From Candidatus Sigynarchaeum calidifontis (GTDB lineage Archaea; Asgardarchaeota; Lokiarchaeia; Sigyniarchaeales; Sigyniarchaeaceae), in assembly GCA_030587475.2 (NCBI GenBank), contig JAUQYZ020000213.1, positions 1-11,704 on the forward strand: DNA of 11,704 bases, given 5' to 3'. The position numbers were made by a program, and so were the translations under genes. The notes under the pieces are model-generated. The model was not told the DNA's origin. It searched no databases and saw nothing but the letters and a program-made list of their open reading frames with translations. Below, piece after piece: positions 1-6,541 of this stretch (position 1 is the first letter of the stretch; the number at the start of each line of letters is the position of its first letter).

Positions 1-26
1 TCCATGAGCAAGGAGGCGATTTCAAG

Positions 27-34
27 TATTTAAA
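27..34 (-). promoter_or_regulatory. Putative archaeal TATA box (TTTAAATA) for a leaderless gene starting at the ATG at 5..3 and running off the window's left edge
   Basis: TTTAAATA on the - strand lies 21 nt upstream of an ATG. The same TATA-to-ATG spacing is seen for the hydrolase and mobB genes. The downstream gene itself is outside the window. Confidence 0.4.
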
Positions 35-124
35 CGTATCATCGCCGGCGATGGTCGATTGCTTGCCGGCAAGAGAGATAAAGTCGTGAAGAGAAGGAAG
101 ACGCCGAACGACGCGCCGATTTGC

Positions 125-364
125 TCAGAGTTCGACCTGGAGCGAGAACTCGATCAAGTCGCCGCAGTCGCATGCGGCCCAGCTCATGACTTTCGCCGAG
201 ACGACCAGTTGATCGAGTTCCTTCCGCTCGAACGTCCTGGAAAACGTCTTGTGGAAACCGCAGTTCGGGCATTGCAGGATCGCCTTTACCTTGATCCTGG
301 ACTCGCCACCGGCTGGCGGGCTCGGGCGCTCGCCTTCCCTGCCCGCGTCCTTGGTGTTCAACAT
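125..364 (-). CDS. Small hypothetical Zn-ribbon protein (CxxC...CxC)
   Basis: 79-aa ORF with CPNCG and ACDCG motifs, co-oriented downstream of rpoN; composition looks protein-like. Confidence 0.7.
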   Translation of the reverse strand: MLNTKDAGREGERPSPPAGGESRIKVKAILQCPNCGFHKTFSRTFERKELDQLVVSAKVMSWAACDCGDLIEFSLQVEL

Positions 365-467
365 GGCGCCACGACGGTTCGTTCGATACCTTGAATAGGT
401 AGGACAACACGGCTTTATCTACATTGCGCTTCCCCGCCACACTTTCATCCCATCGACCGCGCGCCGG

Positions 468-483
468 GCACGGGAAACCGTGC
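468..483. terminator. Perfect 6-bp hairpin GCACGG-GAAA-CCGTGC just past the rpoN stop
   Basis: The inverted repeat is seen directly, 4 nt beyond the rpoN stop codon. A terminator or stabiliser role is inference. Confidence 0.3.
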
Positions 484-487
484 AATT

Positions 488-688
488 TTATTGCTGGCGG
501 GAAAACTTCAGCACGTCGTCGATGAGATCCACGTGGGCGATCAGCATGCGCCTGCAGCAGAACCGGTCGAGATCGAGCGCCTTGAAAATCTCCTCTGGCG
601 GCTTGTCTTGCGCCTTGAGCTTCAGGTATTCTTCCCATTTATCGGCAACGAGCGTGCCGCACGTGAAACAGCGGATTGGTATCAGCAT
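488..688 (-). CDS. rpoN: DNA-directed RNA polymerase subunit N (Rpo10/RPB10)
   Basis: MLIPIRCFTCG and RFCCRRMLIAHVDLID signature motifs; 66 aa. Confidence 0.97.
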   Translation of the reverse strand: MLIPIRCFTCGTLVADKWEEYLKLKAQDKPPEEIFKALDLDRFCCRRMLIAHVDLIDDVLKFSRQQ

Positions 689-752
689 GGCGTATCATGT
701 TTTCGTGGTTGGTTGTCTTGTTATCGTGAAAAAAGTGGAAGTGGTGCGATGA

Positions 753-1082
753 TCACCGCTTGATCTTGCGAGCCTCCCGCTCGGTTTCCCGGAGGAGGAG
801 GATGTCGCCGAGCCGCACAGGACCTTTCACGTTCCTGGTTAAAATGCGATTTGTGTCACGGCCTTCGAGCACGCGCACTTTCACCTGGATGATCTCGCCC
901 GTGATGCCCGTGCGGCCGACCACCTGGATGATCTCGGCGCTCACGGCCTCGTCAGCGACCTGCTCAGCGGCCACAGCAGCAGCCTTGTCCCCGGCCTTTG
1001 AATCCTTGCCGGTCTTTTCGCCAGCGGCAGTTGCAGCGTCGATCTCCTTGGGAGCCTTCTTTGACTTCTTTTCCTCGGACAT
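753..1082 (-). CDS. rps28e: 30S ribosomal protein S28e (eS28) with a ~40-aa Lys/Ala/Glu-rich N-terminal extension
   Basis: Core sequence [57 protein letters not shown]. An SD-like GGGTGA precedes the ATG, and the gene follows rpl7ae as in most archaea. Confidence 0.96.
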   Translation of the reverse strand: MSEEKKSKKAPKEIDAATAAGEKTGKDSKAGDKAAAVAAEQVADEAVSAEIIQVVGRTGITGEIIQVKVRVLEGRDTNRILTRNVKGPVRLGDILLLRETEREARKIKR

Positions 1083-1103
1083 TCACTCACCCGGATGGGA
1101 GAT

Positions 1104-1469
1104 TCACTTCAACTTGCTCACGCGCTCGATGATGCTTGCGACCCGGTCCTTCAACTTGCCTTCCTCGACGATGGCCGCCGCGGCCGAGCTGATCTTCTCC
1201 AAGCCGAGGGCAGCGCCGAGATCCTTCTTGTCGTCGATGAAAATATACGGGACCTTTTTCTCCTCGCATAGCGGCGGGAGATAATATACAATTTCTGGTG
1301 GATTTACGTTTGCAGCGATGAACACGAGCTTGGCTTGCTTTCGCTCGATGGCTTTCGTGGCCTCGTTCGTGCCTTTTCGAATCTTGCCGCCGGATTTCTG
1401 CACTTCCGATAAAATCTCGAGCGCCTCTGTTTGGGTTTCTTTCGGGGTTTTAAACGTGACATAACTCAT
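1104..1469 (-). CDS. rpl7ae: 50S ribosomal protein L7Ae (eL8), k-turn-binding protein
   Basis: GKIRKGTNEATKAIER..AKLVFIA.NV.PPEIV..LP.LCEEKKVPY..KKDLG.A.GL..SAAAAI motifs; 121 aa. Confidence 0.98.
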   Translation of the reverse strand: MSYVTFKTPKETQTEALEILSEVQKSGGKIRKGTNEATKAIERKQAKLVFIAANVNPPEIVYYLPPLCEEKKVPYIFIDDKKDLGAALGLEKISSAAAAIVEEGKLKDRVASIIERVSKLK

Positions 1470-1476
1470 GGCTTTT

Positions 1477-1519
1477 TACCTCATTCTGGTTGGTAGACAA
1501 CCTTCATCAATCATCGGTA
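1477..1519 (-). promoter_or_regulatory. rpl7ae 5'-UTR with two tandem kink-turns that sequester the Shine-Dalgarno (L7Ae autoregulatory element)
   Basis: The RNA reads UACC GAU GA UU GAU GA A GGUUG UCUAC CAACC A GA AU GA GGUA. This gives a UACC/GGUA stem, two GAU bulges each followed by tandem G.A/A.G pairs, and a GGUUG/CAACC terminal stem. The SD GAGGU lies in the 3' strand. Confidence 0.8.
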
Positions 1520-1543
1520 GACCGGTCATGGTCTACTATGGGG

Positions 1544-1552
1544 TTTAAAAAA
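1544..1552 (-). promoter_or_regulatory. TATA box of the rpl7ae-rps28e(-rpoN) unit
   Basis: TTTTTTAAA on the - strand, about 25 nt upstream of the start of the k-turn leader. Confidence 0.6.
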
Positions 1553-1666
1553 CACGTTGTAAAAAGGTTTCTGGATTATCCCTTGGTGCAAGTTACCGTG
1601 GCACGAGAAAGTTTATCTTGAAGAACTTTGCTAGGAATTCTCGGGTCGCGAAGCAAGAGGCCAAGC

Positions 1667-2017
1667 ATGATCCAGGCACCCGTTATCGTCAAGGTCACGG
1701 GGCTGAAAGCCTCGTGCGGGCAATGTGGCCGCGAGTACACGGCGCGCGAGCTAGCGAAGCTCACGCTGTGCGAGTCATGCGGCACGGATCTCAAGCAAGG
1801 ATCCGTCACGATCGAGACCATCCAGTTCCGTGCCGAGAAAACAGGGACCGACCGGGAGGAAAAGAAAGCACGAATCGAAGCAAGCGACCTGGCATCCCGG
1901 ATCAGCGTCAAGCGGTTTGAAATCGGGGTCGAGGCGAGCACCAAGCATCTTGCAGGAGGGCCCGCCGCGTGCCACGTCGTCTCGCCCGCGCGTGCCGCGT
2001 GGGTCAAGGTGGCATGA
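1667..2017 (+). CDS. Hypothetical Zn-finger protein (CxxC-x14-CxxC)
   Basis: From the ATG at 1667: MIQAPVIVKV..SCGQCGREY..LCESCGTDL. Divergent from rpl7ae. Confidence 0.7.
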   Translation: MIQAPVIVKVTGLKASCGQCGREYTARELAKLTLCESCGTDLKQGSVTIETIQFRAEKTGTDREEKKARIEASDLASRISVKRFEIGVEASTKHLAGGPAACHVVSPARAAWVKVA

Positions 2018-2069
2018 CCCAGCCGCCCGAGCCAAAGTGATATTACACCAGGCTGCGTTGAACATCGCC

Positions 2070-2675
2070 ATGGAACCGAGCGCGGACGGCGAGAGGCAGC
2101 GCTGGAACGAGCGCCACGCCGCTTCCGGGGGCGCGGCACGGCCGCCCTCGGCATTTCTCTTGAAATACTCCCGCATCTTGCCCGTGCAAGGCGCCGCCCT
2201 CGACATCGCGTGCGGAACGGGCGAGAATGCCATTTTTCTCGCAAAGGAACTGCACGTGACAGCCATCGACGTGTCCGACGTGGCCATCGGCATCGCGAGG
2301 CAGAAGGTGGATAAGGCAGGCTTGGGCGACCGCGTCCGTCTCGTGTCGCAAGATGCAGCTTCGTTTTTAAACGCGGAGAGCCCCGGCAAGTACGTGCTCG
2401 TCACGTGCATCAACTACTTCGACCCGGCCATCGTGCCCGGCATGAAGCGCGTGCTCGCGCCCGGCGGGACGATCGCCATCCAGGCCTTCACGACCCGCGA
2501 CGAGCGCCTCCAGTGCTCGCCGCACGTGCGGGACAAGCTCGTCACCGAGGCGATGCTCTTCGAACCGGCCATGCTCGGCGGGTACTGGATCCTCGTGAGC
2601 GAGCTCGATGACTTCATCGATGACGAGGGCAACAAGCGGCAGCGGGTCAACGTGATCGCCCGCAAGCCGCATTAA
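2070..2675 (+). CDS. Class I SAM-dependent methyltransferase (TehB-like)
   Basis: N-terminal RWNERH, motif I ALDIACGTGEN, VTAIDVSDVAI, and LAPGG. The start is placed at ATG 2070 because the longer ORF from 1830 overlaps the upstream gene. Confidence 0.88.
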   Translation: MEPSADGERQRWNERHAASGGAARPPSAFLLKYSRILPVQGAALDIACGTGENAIFLAKELHVTAIDVSDVAIGIARQKVDKAGLGDRVRLVSQDAASFLNAESPGKYVLVTCINYFDPAIVPGMKRVLAPGGTIAIQAFTTRDERLQCSPHVRDKLVTEAMLFEPAMLGGYWILVSELDDFIDDEGNKRQRVNVIARKPH

Positions 2676-2699
2676 ATCACGAACCACGGGGGCAGCGTG

Positions 2700-3755
2700 T
2701 CACGGTTTCAGCACCGCCGTGAGCCAGTCGAACGCGTTCTTGCCGACAAACTCGTGCCCGAGGCCGGGGAGGATTTCTTGCACGACCCGGTCGCCGACCC
2801 CGAAGGCCTCGTAGCAAGCTTTGACCTTCCCGAACGCGTGGTTGAAGCCTTCGAGCGGGAAAATGGGGTCTTTCTCGCCGTTGACCATGTAAAGCGGCCG
2901 GGGGCAGTGTGCCCGCAAGATGTCCTCGCATTCCATGTGCAACAGCATGCCCGGCAGGTAATTGTCGCTGCAATGGTTGCGCCCGAGGATCGACCATTTC
3001 CACGATGACGTGTAGCCAGAGACCACGGCCGCCGAGATCCGGGGCTCGACCGCCGGGATCCATGCTGCCATCTGCCCGCCAAGCGACTGGCCCATGATCG
3101 CGATGCGGGACGGGTCGGCGTTCTTGACGTGCTGCAGCACGAAGTCGATGACGCGCATCACGTCGAGGATCCGTAGTCCAGCAATGGTACGGCCGAACAT
3201 GAGCGCCATGAGGTTGTACGCGCCCTCGTCCTTGTCTCGCGGGTACGGCGTGAACGGGCCCCGCTCGCCGAAGCCCCAGTGGTCGACCGCGACGCAGACG
3301 AACCCGCGGCTCAAGGGTACCGCCGTGTAGTTGCGCGGGTACTGCTGGCCCGCCTTGCGTTCCTGGCCGGTCGATAGCCACTTGTCCGCGCCGTGGCCGT
3401 GCACGGCGACGAGCACGGGGCGCTTGCCCGTGAAACCCTTCGGCTCCTGGATGACGATCGCGTCCGTGACGCCGGGCATCGTGTCGACATGGAGATTGCG
3501 GGTCACGTGGGTGGGAGTATCCTCGTCGTAATCTTGCACGCCGGGGCGCGGGTTGAAATCGACACGCTGGTCTACCAGGTCATCGATGCGCAATAGCTCG
3601 AGAAACTTGGCACGAAATTTCTTTTTCCACGATTCGAGCTGCGCGCGCGAGGAGAAATCGGTCACGTGGGACTCGAACGCCAGCGTCCGCTTCGGGTAGG
3701 TCGCCTCGTACCAGCCATCGAGCAAGCGCGTGAACGAAAAGCCATCATCTGCCAT
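2700..3755 (-). CDS. Alpha/beta-fold serine hydrolase (dienelactone hydrolase/esterase-like)
   Basis: HGHG oxyanion region, D.WGFGER, nucleophile GQSLGG, acid GEKDPIFP, and His in GLGHEF. Confidence 0.9.
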   Translation of the reverse strand: MADDGFSFTRLLDGWYEATYPKRTLAFESHVTDFSSRAQLESWKKKFRAKFLELLRIDDLVDQRVDFNPRPGVQDYDEDTPTHVTRNLHVDTMPGVTDAIVIQEPKGFTGKRPVLVAVHGHGADKWLSTGQERKAGQQYPRNYTAVPLSRGFVCVAVDHWGFGERGPFTPYPRDKDEGAYNLMALMFGRTIAGLRILDVMRVIDFVLQHVKNADPSRIAIMGQSLGGQMAAWIPAVEPRISAAVVSGYTSSWKWSILGRNHCSDNYLPGMLLHMECEDILRAHCPRPLYMVNGEKDPIFPLEGFNHAFGKVKACYEAFGVGDRVVQEILPGLGHEFVGKNAFDWLTAVLKP

Positions 3756-3769
3756 GCGGGAAAGGTCGA

Positions 3770-3785
3770 CCGGGGGGCATATAAT
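3770..3785 (-). promoter_or_regulatory. TATA-containing promoter (ATTATATGCCCCCCGG) of the leaderless hydrolase gene
   Basis: TATA lies 22 nt upstream of ATG 3755. The motif is 14/15 identical to the one upstream of mobB. Confidence 0.55.
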
Positions 3786-3848
3786 GCTAACTTGCCGGGT
3801 GTTCCCTCGTTTTCCGCTTCATGACCAGCGAGGATTGTTTTCGACAAC

Positions 3849-3855
3849 TTTTAAC
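3849..3855 (+). promoter_or_regulatory. Putative TATA box (TTTTAAC) of the uDENN-like gene
   Basis: Located 20-23 nt upstream of the ATG ATG at 3876/3879, consistent with leaderless spacing. Confidence 0.45.
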
Positions 3856-3875
3856 GAGGGCCGTACCGAGGATCG

Positions 3876-4376
3876 ATGATGCCGGTCTCCGCCGCATACC
3901 TGTCCCGGCTCCCCGGGCACCCCGGATCGCGCCTGGAGGTCACGCTGTGCTACCCCGAAAACGTGCCCGTGGACAAGGACGAGGTCTTGAAGATCACGCT
4001 CCCGATGGGCGCGGGCATAGACGATTACTTCGAGAACCGGCTTGGCGGGGAAAACATCCTTGTCTACACGTTCCACATACCGAACGAGCTGGGAACGCGG
4101 CCGGACCTGGCGTCCATCGGCCTCGTGCACCAGAAGCCGACGAACAAGCACGTGCTCAAGGACGTCGTGGGCGAGCTGTTCAGGTTCTTGCACGAGAACC
4201 AGCTCGTCTCGGTCGACATGCTCAAGGAGCACTTGCCCAGGATCGTGGATGCAATCAATGCGGAGAAAAAACTCACCATCCACGCGGGCAAGAACAAGCA
4301 CGTCTTCGACATTCCCGCGTTCATTGCCAAGCGGAACGAGGAGATCGTCCAGCCACTCAAGAGCTTGTGGGGCTAA
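3876..4376 (+). CDS. Hypothetical protein, probable uDENN/longin-like domain (candidate eukaryotic signature protein)
   Basis: 166-aa ORF with good codon bias. The pattern beta-beta-YP...helix-LPMGA...F...ILVYTFHI...R..LASIGLV-helix resembles uDENN/longin N-terminal modules. The ORF is well supported; the family call is by eye. Confidence 0.6.
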   Translation: MMPVSAAYLSRLPGHPGSRLEVTLCYPENVPVDKDEVLKITLPMGAGIDDYFENRLGGENILVYTFHIPNELGTRPDLASIGLVHQKPTNKHVLKDVVGELFRFLHENQLVSVDMLKEHLPRIVDAINAEKKLTIHAGKNKHVFDIPAFIAKRNEEIVQPLKSLWG

Positions 4377-4569
4377 CTCGGGCACGAGATGATCGGATGC
4401 GTGCCGCCAGGAATGCCATGCCGAATGCTCGCGGATTCTATTCAAGGTGGGCTGGGCGCGTCCATCAGGCCGCGCGTCCAGCGATCTTGCCCCCATCGTG
4501 AAAAGCCGAACACGATCACGACCGGGATGACAAGAGCCGGGGGTGAAAAGGAACGATTGTACGTGTATT

Positions 4570-4863
4570 TCATCGAACGACCTCGGGAGAAGGGAGGTCA
4601 TGAACCACGTCCTCGGATGCGACTCGTCTAATGAGGATCACCGCACCGGGATACGTTTTTTCGAGTTTTATCGCGAGGTCAAACTCATCACCACCCACGT
4701 CGATGATTTGCTTGTCTTTCATGGGCACGAACCGCCCGCGGTACCGCTCGTCCGCGAGCAGCTCAGCCTTGATCTTCATGAAATGCTTGAACTCTACCCT
4801 CAACGCGCGGATGTCCGCGGCCATCGACGAGCGCCGTGGTTTCTTCGTTTCGACGGCATGCAT
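4570..4863 (-). CDS. DUF5678-like small protein
   Basis: EFKHF...ELL...YRGRFVPMKDKQIIDVGGDEFDL..KLEKTYP..VILIRRV matches the DUF5678 pattern. The start is ATG 4863 or 4824; the 180-aa ORF from 5112 is probably over-extended. Confidence 0.65.
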   Translation of the reverse strand: MHAVETKKPRRSSMAADIRALRVEFKHFMKIKAELLADERYRGRFVPMKDKQIIDVGGDEFDLAIKLEKTYPGAVILIRRVASEDVVHDLPSPEVVR

Positions 4864-5065
4864 TATCAATCCCTGAGGAATTATGCCGGAAGGACATTGA
4901 TAAACACGACTATTAACCGTTACCTTGAGCAAAGGTGCCAGATCCAGCGATCCGGCAAGATCAACGGTTCGTTGAGCAGGCATCTCGTCCTTGCAAGCCG
5001 TGCTAGAACATGGCAAAAATGTTGTCGAAGACGAGCAAATATTCAAGATTTCCACAAAAACTTGA
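4862..5065 (+). pseudogene. Decayed DUF433-type antitoxin remnant
   Basis: One frame reads IINP*GIM..**TRL...*..LQAVLEHGKNVVEDEQIFKISTKT*, and its TGA (5063-5065) abuts the PIN-gene ATG (5066). GRTLINT in an adjacent frame resembles the DUF433 GKPxIxGT motif. There are several internal stops. Confidence 0.4.
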
Positions 5066-5308
5066 ATGATTGCAGCCCGGAAGTTGATTACAACGAGATC
5101 GCCTAAACTCATCCTTGATGAAAATATTCCCCGAGAAATTGTGTTGAAGTTACAACAAGCCGGTCAAGACATTGCGTATATCAGAGAAGCTCGGCCATGG
5201 ATGGACGATGAAGACATCATCGCAAAAAGTGGGACCAGGGTGTTTGTCCCCAGGAATGTTATACTGTTTGCATGCGAATTCAATACGACCGAACGCAAAT
5301 ACAAATAA
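5066..5308 (+). pseudogene. Truncated DUF5615-family PIN-like toxin
   Basis: KLILDENIPREIVLKLQQAGQDIAYIRE....MDDEDII matches the N-half of DUF5615. The expected later T-x-D-x-D-F acidic motif is absent and the ORF is only 80 aa. Confidence 0.65.
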
Positions 5309-5336
5309 AAAGAAAGACGAAATAGAAGAAATCGTG
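5296..5336 (-). terminator. U-rich terminator tract after the ferredoxin gene
   Basis: The - strand reads ...TTTCTTCTATTTCGTCTTTCTTTTTATTTG immediately after the stop codon. Confidence 0.5.
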
Positions 5337-5528
5337 TTATTCCTCAGTGATCTTGATTGCACCATTCGGGCAACTATTTGCGCAGGCCTCACAACCGATG
5401 CATTCATAGTCTTTCTTGATCACTATCTTGCCGCCCACTGGATCGTTATAACACTCCTGCGGGCAAACGTCGCGGCAAGCAGCATCTCCATCACATTTGG
5501 AGAAATCGACATTGATTTTGTACGTCAT
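5337..5528 (-). CDS. Dicluster ferredoxin (CxxDxxCxxxCP + CxxCxxCxxxCP)
   Basis: CDGDAACRDVCP and CIGCEACANSCPNGAI; 63 aa. Confidence 0.93.
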   Translation of the reverse strand: MTYKINVDFSKCDGDAACRDVCPQECYNDPVGGKIVIKKDYECIGCEACANSCPNGAIKITEE

Positions 5529-5646
5529 TCAATTTCACTTTTGGGGCGTATATTTGATGTTGAAAGAGTGATGTGGTACACATCGTGGTGATGATTGAGA
5601 CAAGGCCCAATACAAAAAAAACTTTCAGCGATGGATCTTCTTTCGG

Positions 5647-6528
5647 TCATTCGATGGAAACGAGCACTTCCCGGGCGCGTGTCAGCGTGGTGTCCCCGGG
5701 CAGCTTCAGCGTGGCGATGTACCCGAGCACCGCGCCCGCGATGGATTGCTGGACGAAATCCTTGATAGAAATGGGCCGCCCGTTCAGCTCCGCGCCCGCT
5801 GCCCATGCGCCATTGCCTTCGTTTTTGCCGAAGGATATTTCCACGCGCGTGACGGGCTCCTTCAGATTCCAGTGCAGCGACGCGATCGCGCCGATGACGA
5901 CGTTCTTGAGCGTGGTGGCGACGTAATCCTTCATCGCCACGGGCGTGCCGTCGATCGCCAACGTGCAGCCCGCCGCTTCCATGGGCATCACGAGCCGGTT
6001 GCGCTTGAGGCGATGTTGCTTCACCATTGGTTCGAGCAGGTCCGCGAGGGCCTCGATCGACGCGGTGTCTTGAAAAGCCGGGTACTTGCCATCGTACGTG
6101 CCTCCCACCACGACGGGGCCCGCGATGCCCAGCACCACGTCCTTGCCCGTGAGAAGTGCTTCCAGCTCGGCGAGCTCGGCGGCGTCGCGGGCGACCAGGA
6201 CCTTCCGGCCGTGCAGCTCCTTGAAGCCCTCGGCGATGACCAGGTCGGCATCCCCGACCGCCAGGAGCACCTCCGCCAGTGCCATGCGCCGCTTCACGAG
6301 GATGTCGGTCTCGCCGGGGCCGCAGGCGACGACGGTCGACGCGCCCGCCTTCCAGTGCCGCCACGTGTCCTTGCCTTCCTGGTCGATGCAGAATCCCTCG
6401 AAGTGTATGTCCTTCACCACGCACGCGGAGATGCCCCGCTTCACGAGGACGGCGAGCAGTTTCTCGATGAACGTGGTCTTGCCGGCATTCGACTTGCCGC
6501 TCACGAACAAGAGATTTCCAGGATCCAT
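5647..6528 (-). CDS. mobB: Molybdopterin-guanine dinucleotide biosynthesis protein MobB with a tandem-duplicated C-terminal domain
   Basis: P-loop GKSNAGKTT, VKDIH..F.ID.EGKDTWRH..AGA, and DLVIAEGFK. The start at ATG 6528 is supported by a TATA box 21 nt upstream. Confidence 0.9.
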   Translation of the reverse strand: MDPGNLLFVSGKSNAGKTTFIEKLLAVLVKRGISACVVKDIHFEGFCIDQEGKDTWRHWKAGASTVVACGPGETDILVKRRMALAEVLLAVGDADLVIAEGFKELHGRKVLVARDAAELAELEALLTGKDVVLGIAGPVVVGGTYDGKYPAFQDTASIEALADLLEPMVKQHRLKRNRLVMPMEAAGCTLAIDGTPVAMKDYVATTLKNVVIGAIASLHWNLKEPVTRVEISFGKNEGNGAWAAGAELNGRPISIKDFVQQSIAGAVLGYIATLKLPGDTTLTRAREVLVSIE

Positions 6529-6541
6529 GTGGTCAATCCTC

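Noticed and set aside
365-487. Possible tRNA (tRNA-Pro often follows rpoN in archaea) or other ncRNA
   Set aside because: No cloverleaf with a properly placed T-arm or acceptor stem could be built; only a 6-bp hairpin is present.
1830-2069. 80-aa N-terminal extension of the methyltransferase
   Set aside because: It overlaps the Zn-finger gene and is low-complexity; ATG 2070 gives a normal family N-terminus.
1-2100. Selenocysteine read-through of TGA stops (e.g. the ends of 125..364 - and 1667..2017 +), since Asgard archaea encode Sec
   Set aside because: The TGAs are not in redox-motif positions, the read-through sequence is not protein-like, and no convincing SECIS was seen.
5588-5594. Box C-like GTGATGA suggesting a C/D sRNA between the ferredoxin gene and mobB
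   Set aside because: No box D (CTGA) at a suitable distance on the same strand, and no terminal stem.
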